This document shows positions 37,566-46,763 of a DNA stretch of 64,000 nucleotides, piece after piece. Under the pieces are notes generated by a model that searched no databases, was not told the DNA's origin, and was given only the letters and a program-made list of their open reading frames with translations. Every line of letters begins with the position of its first letter. The stretch's first letter is position 1. This DNA comes from an uncultured Dehalococcoidia bacterium (GTDB taxonomy: Bacteria > Chloroflexota > Dehalococcoidia > Lucifugimonadales > Australimonadaceae). The translations under genes were made by a program, and so were the position numbers. Where the stretch lies: the NCBI GenBank assembly GCA_937901475.1, contig CALGTL010000079.1, forward strand, positions 4,600-68,599, given 5' to 3'.

Positions 37566-38915
37566 ATGACGACACCAGATAACGAATTAGCCCAAGCTCC
37601 GAAGAAGCAGGGCTGGGTCAACAAGGAGATGCTGCTTTCCATGCACCTCCCCGCGATCTCCATAGGATTTGGTCTAGGCGCGACCGTCGTCGTCATTCCC
37701 AAGCTCACCCAAGACCTTGGTGAAGGCATGGTAGCGGCGATGATGGTTTTCATACTTCAGCAATTAGGCACTGCAGTGGCTCCCATTCCCACCGGCTACC
37801 TCATCGACCGCATCGGCCGCAGGAAGATGCTTCTAGCAGGGCCGATACTAATCGCTATCTCTTCACTTTTAATTGTCCGGGTGATAGTCCAAGACGGGTC
37901 TTTCATGGAGATATTGTTGTACCGATTCTTCGGTGGAATCGGTGAGCAGATGTGGATGCTAAGTCGACTCACCGTCATCGCCGACACATCAGGTTCACAA
38001 CAACGGGGCAAGCAGATAACTAGCATGTTTGGCGTTCAACAGATTGGGAACCTTACAGGGCCGATCGTTGGCGGTATAGCGTCCGTGACGATTGGCCTTT
38101 GGTTGCCATTCGCCATCCATGCAGTGATTGTCATCCTGGGTGTAATTCCCAGTTTCTTTATCGTGAAGGAAACCATGGGGAAAGCTGCCGCAGCTTCCGC
38201 TGGGGCAAGCGGCTCGGTCACCGCTGCGGGAGCATCTATTGGTGGATTACGTCGCGGCCTGACCTGGGCTGATCTGAAAACTCCGCCTATCCCTCAGGTA
38301 TTTCTTGCCCAATTTTTGGCAAACGTAACTCGCGGAGGGATATTTGGGGGTGGAGTTATTGTCGTGTATGCCTCGTACGGATTCGGCTTGTCCGAGCTGG
38401 AAATCGGAGGCTTGCGTAGCGTTATGTCTGTCGTGGGAATACCAGTGGTGTTCGGGGCGGGTTATATCATGGACCGGTTCGGCCGGAAGTTTACGATTGT
38501 CCCTGGGTTGATGCTCTCAGGGTTCTCGATGGCCTTCCTCGCAGTTACTGATCTGCTGGCAGTCCCTGTCAGCGTATTCATTCTCGCATTCATAGCAGTG
38601 CACTTCTGTGTCAGCCTCATCTCGGGCAACATGCAAACACTCGGCACTGACGTAGCTCCGCCTCATGCACGAGGGGCCTTCTTCGGAGTTTCAAGACAGA
38701 TCGCACAGACGGGGTCCTTGGCTTCTCCTGTGAGTTTTACTTTTTTGGTCTCGGTATTCAGCTACACCGCCGCGTTCTCATTCCTGTCGATAACTGCTAT
38801 AGCGGCAGCGATGGTGGTGTTCTTTGGCATCCCTGAGACCCTGAAGAAGGAACCTGAGCTCGACCTTGCGCACGTGCCTGCAACCGAAGGTTCGGGGTCA
38901 ATCGGCTCTGACTAA
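37566..38915 (+). CDS. MFS transporter (paralogue of 25092-26414)
   Basis: 449 aa, polytopic, with a DRIGRRK loop. GGGAGG lies 7 nt before the ATG. Confidence 0.85.
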   Translation: MTTPDNELAQAPKKQGWVNKEMLLSMHLPAISIGFGLGATVVVIPKLTQDLGEGMVAAMMVFILQQLGTAVAPIPTGYLIDRIGRRKMLLAGPILIAISSLLIVRVIVQDGSFMEILLYRFFGGIGEQMWMLSRLTVIADTSGSQQRGKQITSMFGVQQIGNLTGPIVGGIASVTIGLWLPFAIHAVIVILGVIPSFFIVKETMGKAAAASAGASGSVTAAGASIGGLRRGLTWADLKTPPIPQVFLAQFLANVTRGGIFGGGVIVVYASYGFGLSELEIGGLRSVMSVVGIPVVFGAGYIMDRFGRKFTIVPGLMLSGFSMAFLAVTDLLAVPVSVFILAFIAVHFCVSLISGNMQTLGTDVAPPHARGAFFGVSRQIAQTGSLASPVSFTFLVSVFSYTAAFSFLSITAIAAAMVVFFGIPETLKKEPELDLAHVPATEGSGSIGSD

Positions 38916-39988
38916 TCGAGCGTGACACCTTGCTCTGCGGCCACGTCCTTTATGAATTGATTTTCGAGTAGCGCGGGCCTGCCATCAACCCAGAAAGGCT
39001 TGCCATCTAGCGTAATCGTTTGGTCCGATACGTAGGCTGAGCGCGCTGATGGAACATTGCCGATATGGAAGTGCATCGTGTCGGAGTTGGATTGCTGGCC
39101 GCCCTTGCGGACAGCGCGCGGGTGCATCCCACCGTGCCAGGAATCGAGAGCGTAGGCTGCATCATGCCCGAATTTTCTTGCGTTACTCTCAAGGAGATCG
39201 TTCAGTTGCTCATGGGTCCAGACTGTATTTCCCGTGGCGTCATCGCGCTGGCCTTCTCGGGTAGGCTCTTCACGCCAAATGACGTTCGTTATTTGGCCGT
39301 CATCTACAGTAAGCATCTTGGGATTTTCGAATAGATTCTTGTCAGAAAACCCAGGATGATCAAAGGCAATCACCCCACTAGCGCCAGCTGATCCCACAGG
39401 AGCGTAGACTTCACCAGGGAAAACTCGCTCGGTTCGTGATGCTTCGGCATCCTGCGCAAAGAAAGCTCCCGCAACGTCGCTTCCCTTAGCTACGCGACCA
39501 CTGATGTTCGTACCATGCGGACTCGTGATCTTCCATTCGTTGGCTGCGCCTGTTACTTCTTCAATTTTGCCTGCAAGTGCCATCACAAGCTTCCAGTTAA
39601 ATAGCGCATGTTCTGATGTGAATGCTTCAGCAGCTCGAACTCGATTGTTGATGCGCACCAAGTCGGGCTTGTCGTTGGCCCTCAGGTGCTCGAGCAACAC
39701 CACCCTATTTAGGTTGCCGTTCAAGATGAGTTTGTCAGACGCAAGCACCGCTGCGCCCAGCACGCTGGGTATCTCCGTGACCCCCATTAATGGTTCAACC
39801 CATAGCGAATAGGCGTTGCCCCCTGATGCGCGTACAGTTTCCTCCATCAATTCGACGAGTGCATGATCTATGCCCCCTTGCTCGTTCAGCAAGAGAACGG
39901 ACTCGCCCTTTTCTACTCCAACGCAATTTCTGATTAGATTCGCCACGCCATCACGAACCTTCGCCTTTGTATCGCTTGACATGCTCAT
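38912..39988 (-). CDS. M29 (aminopeptidase T/S) fold family protein, possibly a non-peptidase member
   Basis: 358 aa. The N-terminal VGVEKGESVLLL, the central FPGEVYAPV (compare M29 TEEVFTAP) and the C-terminal MHFHIGN fit the M29 fold pattern from memory only. The stop overlaps the convergent MFS stop. Confidence 0.45.
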   Translation of the reverse strand: MSMSSDTKAKVRDGVANLIRNCVGVEKGESVLLLNEQGGIDHALVELMEETVRASGGNAYSLWVEPLMGVTEIPSVLGAAVLASDKLILNGNLNRVVLLEHLRANDKPDLVRINNRVRAAEAFTSEHALFNWKLVMALAGKIEEVTGAANEWKITSPHGTNISGRVAKGSDVAGAFFAQDAEASRTERVFPGEVYAPVGSAGASGVIAFDHPGFSDKNLFENPKMLTVDDGQITNVIWREEPTREGQRDDATGNTVWTHEQLNDLLESNARKFGHDAAYALDSWHGGMHPRAVRKGGQQSNSDTMHFHIGNVPSARSAYVSDQTITLDGKPFWVDGRPALLENQFIKDVAAEQGVTLD

Positions 39989-40506
39989 GTTGTTGCTCCG
40001 TGCTTTAGCTGACTCAAAAATGGCCTCGAATCGAAAGTATCATAGCCGAACTTACAGCGATTGGAATCCAGATATCGAATGCTGAGGAACGTAGGGAGCA
40101 CCAACACAGCTAAAGCAGCAGACTGGCGAAGGCTGTGCTGATAGTAGAGCGAACCTACGGCCTCGGCCATGACCCGCTGCACTTTCGCCCGCAGTTCGCG
40201 GAGACCGAATTGGTTATGCGCTCATTGAATTCTGAGGCACATGCATCCGTATATCTGGGCTTCGATTGGCCGCAGAAACAATTGAGACCTACCTCGTCGA
40301 TGAGACTGAGGCCACGGGAACGAACACTCTGATTTCCGGCATGAATCATGCTGAAATGCCCAAGTCTCAAATCATTGAAGAGCTTCTGTGTTTGGTTAAA
40401 AACGCCTTGTCCGTTCTCAACGCTCAATACGCGAAAAAGGCTACTCCCGCGCTAACGTGATCTTTTCCACAGGCGGTTAAAGAGATCAAGGGCGTAAACT
40501 GGCTCC

Positions 40507-41169
40507 ATGACAACAAGCGACGTGCAAGGACAGGCCTCTAGCAGCAGCGCTTTACTAGAAGCGGTACATAGCGTGCTGGCGAACGAACTTCAATTCATGG
40601 TGCTCAAGGCGAGCCAATTGCCGATTGAGCTCGCTGGGTTTGAAGTGTTGCGTGAATCTGACCTAGACAACGAGATTATGGCAAAGCACGGGTTCGGACA
40701 GAAAGCAGCGGATGATCTGGCCAAGCTCGGTCGTATCACCGGCTACGTTAGGGAATTTGTCGTGCCGCAAGGTGCCCCGACGCTTGAGGAAGAGCCTGCC
40801 GAGATTGTTATGGCAGCCACTGTCGTCCACCTTTTCGAGAGCGAGGACTCCGTCAAGCGCTGGATTGATGAGTCGTTCGTTCGGGATTTCCGAGACAACG
40901 TTGGTAAAGAAAGCAACGAGGGCCAAACGCTACAGGGTGTAGAGATCCTTGAAGTCGACGGCTTCCACGACTACGCCGCATCGCTACTCGTGCTTCATGA
41001 AATGCCTGATGCGGTCCTGGCATCCACCATCATTGACTTCCGTATGGGGAATCTACTGGGAGTTGCCTACGTCGTCGCGAAGAGTGATGTAACACTATCT
41101 GCGCTGACGAAGGAGTTGGCGTTTGCGCTTGAGCAGCAGATGGTTCGAGTAGCACTGGGTGCTGCTTAG
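40507..41169 (+). CDS. Hypothetical protein (no recognisable family)
   Basis: 220-aa acidic ORF with ordinary composition. It has no TM segment, signal peptide or motif I recognise, and no clear SD. Confidence 0.5.
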   Translation: MTTSDVQGQASSSSALLEAVHSVLANELQFMVLKASQLPIELAGFEVLRESDLDNEIMAKHGFGQKAADDLAKLGRITGYVREFVVPQGAPTLEEEPAEIVMAATVVHLFESEDSVKRWIDESFVRDFRDNVGKESNEGQTLQGVEILEVDGFHDYAASLLVLHEMPDAVLASTIIDFRMGNLLGVAYVVAKSDVTLSALTKELAFALEQQMVRVALGAA

Positions 41170-41185
41170 TTTTCGAGCACTTCTA

Positions 41186-41440
41186 TCGATTATTCTGGCT
41201 ACCAGCGCGGGCCAAGCTCCTCACTGGGACGCGTAACCAATCGCCCAAGAGCCCCTAGCCGTTGACTGCCCTGATGGCGTTCTCATCCTCAGAGGAGTTA
41301 GGCATCTCTACGAAACCGAGGTTCCGGGAGCGACCCGTCTCACGATTTGTGATGACGATGGATGATTCCACTGCTCTCAATACTTTGAGGTACTACTGCG
41401 GAATCGCTTGAGTCACACTGAGACTGGACGGAACCGATGT
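41186..41440 (-). pseudogene. Decayed RRM (RNP-1/RNP-2) RNA-binding protein gene
   Basis: One minus-strand frame reads TSVPSSLSVTQAIPQ*YLKVLRAVESSIVITNRETGRSRNLGFVEMPNSSEDENAIRAVNG*GLLGDWLRVPVRSLARAGSQNNR*. It matches the bacterial RRM pattern (..GNLS.SVT...V.S..II.DRETGRSRGFGFVEM....A..AI..LNG..LGGR.L.V). In-frame TAGs occur at 41393-41395 and 41255-41257. There is no start codon, and RNP-1 is degraded (RNLGFV). Confidence 0.55.
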
Positions 41441-41597
41441 CTACCTACCGAGCAAGCAGGGGAAGGGGTCTAGCATTTTCCGTTGACTCAGCAAGCGTAC
41501 ACCCACGGATTTAGGCTCGACCATAAAGCTCATTCCTTTGGCACCACGCATGAGAAATACCTCCCATGGTTGTCCATTGCCAGAGCGGTTTTAGAAC

Positions 41598-42086
41598 CTA
41601 ATTCCCGGCATGGGTGCGCGGTTCGAACCAATCGAGAGGCACGCGTATTGCAAGCATCTCTCCCATCGCTGTTTCCTCGCCACCGGAGACCAGCGAGCAA
41701 GTAACGATGGACTTGCGGCCGTCGATTTTTTCAACCCGGCTCGTTAGCGTGAGCGGTAGATTGAGAGGAGTTGGTTTGCGGTACGTAACTCTCAGTGAGC
41801 CCGTTACATACCACACTAGCGGGTCACTACCAACATCGCGCGCTTCATGCCGATACGCCGTTGCGATAGCAGTCCAAATCGAGTGGCAATCCATGACTGC
41901 ACTGATGATTCCGCCGTAGAGGATGTGCTTTGGCCCTGCTGCGAACTCACTGCGAGGCTGCCAATTGCACACCACTTCTTCGCCTTGCCATCGACTTTTT
42001 AACCTTAGCCCTGTCTCCACCGTAGGGCCGCAACCCCAGCAGTAATTTCCGGGCATGAGGTCTTGGAACGGAGTCACATCAATCAC
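41598..42086 (-). CDS. PaaI/4HBT-type hotdog-fold thioesterase
   Basis: 162 aa. N-terminal CWGCGP...GLRL motif typical of PaaI-like thioesterases, then GGIISAVMD. GTG start lies 6 nt after AGGAG. Confidence 0.65.
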   Translation of the reverse strand: MIDVTPFQDLMPGNYCWGCGPTVETGLRLKSRWQGEEVVCNWQPRSEFAAGPKHILYGGIISAVMDCHSIWTAIATAYRHEARDVGSDPLVWYVTGSLRVTYRKPTPLNLPLTLTSRVEKIDGRKSIVTCSLVSGGEETAMGEMLAIRVPLDWFEPRTHAGN

Positions 42087-42108
42087 GGTTAGCTCCTAGT
42101 AGTGGAAG

Positions 42109-42738
42109 TTAAGCCAGCTTGGACGCTCGCACGATATACACGGGGTCAGAGTAAAGATCAGCGGTCCGGTCCAGGAATTCGGGTTGGGTCCATTGCCCAC
42201 TCGCACCGAAGTACGCGCCAATCAACTCGCCGCGCTTCTGTGGTTGAGGCATCGCCTGCCAGATGGCCACCGCCTTAGTCGGGAACATGCGAGTGGAGAA
42301 AATCACGTGGAACGCCCCTCCGGGCTTCAGCACGCGTCGTATGTCTGAAAAAATCTCTAATGGGCGAGTCATGTATTGGATAGAAACCACTACATAAGCG
42401 GCCTCGAAACTATCGCTAGGAAATGGCATTACTGGGCTTGCGTTCAAGTCGTGGACGACGCGAGTCGTGAGTTGCGGGTTCTCGGTCAGTTCGGTGCTGT
42501 TCATGCCCAACCCCACAACGCTCCCTGCGAAATCGTGAGGTAGGTGAGAGCGCCATGAGCTCATCAGATCAAGCACTGCCCCGTCTGGTGGCAGAACCTC
42601 ACCTAGGTAGGCGCGAACCGCCTCAATGGTCGCCTCGTCGATGTGCACAACAAGGCGTGGTTCGCTGTAGAACTCAGTGTCGGGTGCTTCGTCTTGGCGT
42701 TGGAACCAATCCGGAGGGAATTGTGGTATTTGTGGCAT
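42109..42738 (-). CDS. Class I SAM-dependent methyltransferase
   Basis: 209 aa. Blocks FYSEPRLVVHID, motif I-like VLDLMSS and post-I LKPGGAFHVIFS. It lies 22 nt upstream of the thioesterase gene on the same strand. Confidence 0.75.
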   Translation of the reverse strand: MPQIPQFPPDWFQRQDEAPDTEFYSEPRLVVHIDEATIEAVRAYLGEVLPPDGAVLDLMSSWRSHLPHDFAGSVVGLGMNSTELTENPQLTTRVVHDLNASPVMPFPSDSFEAAYVVVSIQYMTRPLEIFSDIRRVLKPGGAFHVIFSTRMFPTKAVAIWQAMPQPQKRGELIGAYFGASGQWTQPEFLDRTADLYSDPVYIVRASKLA

Positions 42739-42978
42739 GGCTTATGTGATACCGACTAGGTCTTCGCGGTCTGATTTCCACGCGAAACAGAGGTGGCCTT
42801 CACCGTCGCCCAACGCAGGTAACGCTACCTCCAGGCCGATAGCGACTGCATGGACATGATCAATTTTGAGATTCACCGCACTCTAAATCCTCGCTAATGA
42901 TTGGCGGGAATGATAGCGCGAGTGGCGCTATGATGTCTGGTACGTAGAATGTCGCACGACCGCTGGCGCAGGGATTTG

Positions 42979-45240
42979 ATGACCACCTATAACGTGATTG
43001 GCAAGAATGCAGCGCGTAAAGATGGATTCGCCAAGGTAAACGGCGATGCTGAGTACGCTATAGATGTAGCGCTACCGGGCATGCTCCATGGGAAAGCGGT
43101 GCGCAGTACCGTTCCCCATGCACGCATCGTGAAGATAGATTCCTCAAGGGCGCTAGCATTGCCGGGTGTCCACGCAGTGCTCACCGGCGAGGATGTCGCA
43201 GGGCATATGCTAGGCAGCCGCGTGCGTGACGTACCCGTGCTTGCCAATCGCGTGGTGCGCTTCATCGGCGAGAAGGTCGCTGCGGTCGTTGCCGACGACG
43301 AACCTACTGCCGAGCGGGCCCGCAACCTGGTAGAGGTAGAATATGAACGACTCGACTCGATATTCACGATCGAGGACGCGTTGGCTAACGGCGCACCAGT
43401 GCTTCACCCGAACATGCTTAGCTATCAAGGCTATATTAAACCTCCTGAGCAGCCGTCTAACGTATTCTTCGCTAACGTATATGGTGTCGGCGATGTCGAG
43501 CTCGGTTTCGCTGAAGCGGATCAAATATTCGAAGACACGTATACCACCCAGCGACAGCACCCCGCGTTCTTTGAGCCCCGTGCCTGCGTCGTCCACGCGG
43601 ACCTTGGCGGGCGAGTGCAAATCTGGACATCAACAAAAACCCCTTATGCCCTGAAAGGTGCGATAGCACTTGCGATAGGCGTCGACAACGACAAACTGCT
43701 AATCAACCCCACGTATGTGGGGGGCGATTTCGGTGGTAAAGGTTGTCCTTGGGATGAAGCTCTTTGCTACTTCCTATCGGAGAAGACAGGTCACCCTGTG
43801 AAGATGGTGATGGACTATCAGGAAGAGTTCGAGGCTGGCAACCCCCGGCATGGCTCTATCGTCAAAGTGCGCACAGGCGTCAAAAACGACGGAACCATCA
43901 CCGCACATCACCAAGACATGATTTTCAACAGCGGAGCCTATGCCGGACTTATGCCGCTGGGCTACCTCGCTGGTACAGACCGTATCGCAGCTAATTTCCG
44001 AATCGCGAACGCGCGCTTCGATCACCGTCAGGTTTACACAAATACTGTCCCTGGTGGGTACATGCGTGGCCCTGGTGAAGTGCAAGGCACATTTGCGATG
44101 GAGTCCCATATGGACGAGATTGCCCGCAAGATGGGCATCGACATTGTCGAATTCCGCAGAAAGAACATTCTGAGGCCTGGTGACATCACACCCATGAATG
44201 AAACATTCAGCGGTGTGCGGGCTGAGGAAACTCTTCTAGCGGCGGTGGCCAAGGCGGGTTACCCCTTGGCCACAGGACCCTATGTCGGCGTGGGGATTTC
44301 TATGTGCTCGCGGCCGGCAGGTGGCGGCGAAACCCACGTGGAAATTACGGTCGAGGAAGAAGGTACCGTCCTCCTGAGGACTCCCATATTTGAGCAAGGT
44401 TCTGGCGTGCACACAGTACTTGCGCTTATCGCGGCGGAGGAACTCGGCACAACGCTAGAAAACATCCGCGTGGTGCCCTGGAATACAGATGCTGTGGAGA
44501 ACGACTCGGGTATCGCTGGAAGCCGTGGCACACGCATGATGGTGCCCGCCGCCCATGAAGCATCGCTACAAGCCAAGACGGAGCTGCTGAACACTGCGGC
44601 AGAGCTTACAGGTTGGCCCATAGAGCAATTGGAATCAAAAGACAGCGCTGTCGTGAATATGGCTTCTGGTGAGCAGATCGGATGGGCCGACCTGCTCGGA
44701 CGGGTTCCTGACCGCTCGATCATGGGTCGAGCATCTAACAAGGAGATGGGCCTGGCAGAATACACTACCTTTGCTGCACAAATCGCAGAAGTTGAGATTG
44801 ATCCCGAGACGGGCCGGATTCACCTACGTAAGTTCCTCTCAGTCCATGATGTGGGGACGATTTTGAACCCTATCGGCCACCAAGGCCAAATCAACGGGTC
44901 TATCGTAACTGGGCTGGGCTACGCCCTCATGGAAGAGTTGCCGATAGAAAACGGGCGCGTGACCACTCAGTCTTTTGCTGACGTGAAAATTCCTACAATG
45001 CCAGACTTGCCAGAGCTCGAGACGCTTCTACTAGAATCGGACGAAGGAGAAGGGCCTTACAAGGTCCGATCAATCGGAGAGGCACCTCTGCTTGGTGTCG
45101 CACCAGCTATCGCCAACGCTATACGGGACGCAACCGGCGTCCGGTTTTACGACTTACCACTTACAGCCGAGAAGATTCTGACCGGCCTACGCATAGCAGC
45201 ACGGTCAACCATTTACGACCATCATGAAGAAACAGCCTGA
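42979..45240 (+). CDS. Xanthine dehydrogenase/aldehyde oxidase/CO dehydrogenase family molybdopterin-binding large subunit
   Basis: Start at ATG 42979 (MTTYNVIGKNAARKDGFAKVNGDAEYAIDV). 753 aa, colinear with the a/b-hammerhead and Mo-cofactor-binding domains (GGDFGGKG, GGYMRGPG, SIGEAP). Confidence 0.9.
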   Translation: MTTYNVIGKNAARKDGFAKVNGDAEYAIDVALPGMLHGKAVRSTVPHARIVKIDSSRALALPGVHAVLTGEDVAGHMLGSRVRDVPVLANRVVRFIGEKVAAVVADDEPTAERARNLVEVEYERLDSIFTIEDALANGAPVLHPNMLSYQGYIKPPEQPSNVFFANVYGVGDVELGFAEADQIFEDTYTTQRQHPAFFEPRACVVHADLGGRVQIWTSTKTPYALKGAIALAIGVDNDKLLINPTYVGGDFGGKGCPWDEALCYFLSEKTGHPVKMVMDYQEEFEAGNPRHGSIVKVRTGVKNDGTITAHHQDMIFNSGAYAGLMPLGYLAGTDRIAANFRIANARFDHRQVYTNTVPGGYMRGPGEVQGTFAMESHMDEIARKMGIDIVEFRRKNILRPGDITPMNETFSGVRAEETLLAAVAKAGYPLATGPYVGVGISMCSRPAGGGETHVEITVEEEGTVLLRTPIFEQGSGVHTVLALIAAEELGTTLENIRVVPWNTDAVENDSGIAGSRGTRMMVPAAHEASLQAKTELLNTAAELTGWPIEQLESKDSAVVNMASGEQIGWADLLGRVPDRSIMGRASNKEMGLAEYTTFAAQIAEVEIDPETGRIHLRKFLSVHDVGTILNPIGHQGQINGSIVTGLGYALMEELPIENGRVTTQSFADVKIPTMPDLPELETLLLESDEGEGPYKVRSIGEAPLLGVAPAIANAIRDATGVRFYDLPLTAEKILTGLRIAARSTIYDHHEETA

Positions 45241-45484
45241 TGTATAAACCACAGCAATGTGATATCAACTGAACACACCCAGACGGTGCAGGCAAGGATT
45301 TCTGCCCCGAGGCTTATTAGATGACCACGCCTACCTGGACGATACCGTACTCATGGAATCTTTCAGAAATAAGGACATGCTGGTCACCAACCCTAAATAA
45401 GCCCCTTGGTCTTGAAAGAAACCATCGCCAGAGGCGGGGCAGTTCGTCTTTATAGAAATCTTACCGAACGAGTAGACCTGAAAC

Positions 45485-46648
45485 GTGATTCAACAACCTG
45501 CAGATGATTCCCTGAACGATGTCCGCATGGCGGTTCGTCAGGTTTGCGAGAAGTACGGCAACGAATACTGGCGCCGCATGGATCACGATCATGCCTACCC
45601 TGAAGAATTCGTCACTGAGATGACAGAGCTTGGCTGGCTTGGAGCGCTGATACCTGAGGAATACGGCGGAGGAGGCATGAGCGTCACGGAGGCAAGCGTC
45701 ATCCTTGAAGAAATCAACCGAGCTGGCGGACACGCTGCAGCGTGTCACGCTCAAATGTATACGATGGGCATCCTCCTACGTCATGGTAATGATGAGCAGA
45801 AGCAACGCTACCTGCCAGGTATCGCAAGAGGGGCACTTCGCATGCAGGCGTTTGGTGTCACTGAGCCCAACGCAGGCTCGGAAACGACGCGCATAGAGAC
45901 GACTGCAGTTCGCAAAGGCGACAACTACGTGATCAACGGCGAAAAGATATACATTTCACGGGTGTTGCAGTCAGACCTAATGGTGTTACTTGCCCGCACA
46001 ACCCCGTACGACGAATTGGACAACAAGACGATGGGCCTTTCGGCTTTCATTGTCGACCTGCGAACAGCGGGCGACCGGCTCAAGGTACAACCCCTAGATC
46101 TCATGTTCAATCAACACACCAACCAACTCTTCTTCGATGACCTAGAGGTTCCTGCTGAAAACTTAATTGGTGAAGAGGGCATGGGCTTCAGGTACATAAT
46201 CGACTCTTGGAATGTTGAGCGCATCCTTATCGCAGCAGAATGCATAGGTGATGGCGACTGGTTCATCAACAAAGCGGCGGCCTACACCAGCACGCGTGAA
46301 GTCTTTGGCAGGCCTATTGGCGCCAACCAAGGCGTGCAATTGCCCATCGCTCAGGCCTATGCGCACGTCCGTGCTGCGGACCTCATGCGGTTCGATGCAG
46401 CTGCCAAGTACGATCGCAGTGAGAAGTGCGGTGCCGAGGCCAACATGGCTAAGCTTCTAGCATCCGAGGCCTCCTGGGAAGCAGCGAACACGTGCATGAA
46501 CGCGCACGGTGGCTACGGGTTTGCGGTTGAGTTCGACATCGAACGCAAGTTCCGTGAAACGAGACTCTTCATTACAGCGCCTGTTAACAACAACCTAGTG
46601 CTAGCGTTTTTGGGCCAAAACGTACTAGGTATGCCCCGCTCGTACTAA
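45485..46648 (+). CDS. Acyl-CoA dehydrogenase family protein
   Basis: 387 aa with a GTG start. Blocks IPEEYGGGGMS, GVTEPNAGSE and a C-terminal RETRLFITAPVNNNLVLAFLGQNVLGMPRSY. Confidence 0.88.
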   Translation: MIQQPADDSLNDVRMAVRQVCEKYGNEYWRRMDHDHAYPEEFVTEMTELGWLGALIPEEYGGGGMSVTEASVILEEINRAGGHAAACHAQMYTMGILLRHGNDEQKQRYLPGIARGALRMQAFGVTEPNAGSETTRIETTAVRKGDNYVINGEKIYISRVLQSDLMVLLARTTPYDELDNKTMGLSAFIVDLRTAGDRLKVQPLDLMFNQHTNQLFFDDLEVPAENLIGEEGMGFRYIIDSWNVERILIAAECIGDGDWFINKAAAYTSTREVFGRPIGANQGVQLPIAQAYAHVRAADLMRFDAAAKYDRSEKCGAEANMAKLLASEASWEAANTCMNAHGGYGFAVEFDIERKFRETRLFITAPVNNNLVLAFLGQNVLGMPRSY

Positions 46649-46763
46649 TTGCTGTACTGACCACCTTCGACCGCAAGCCTGATGAAGACCAGATGGTGTA
46701 GGACTGTACTGTAGACTTGCTCGCATCAAGCCCACTTACAACCCTATAAGAGGTACGCATACA

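Noticed and set aside
40155-40427. 90-aa minus-strand ORF (TTG start), with overlapping plus-strand ORFs at 40135-40332 and 40266-40460
   Set aside because: The ORFs are mutually overlapping and lack SD and any recognisable motif, so coding status cannot be supported.
41255-41395. In-frame TAG codons in the RRM-like frame as possible stop-codon recoding or amber suppression
   Set aside because: TAG clearly terminates well-supported genes in this window (msrA, folK, bicupin-3, the MFS gene at 4976). The RRM consensus residues are themselves degraded and there is no start codon. Pseudogenisation is the simpler explanation.
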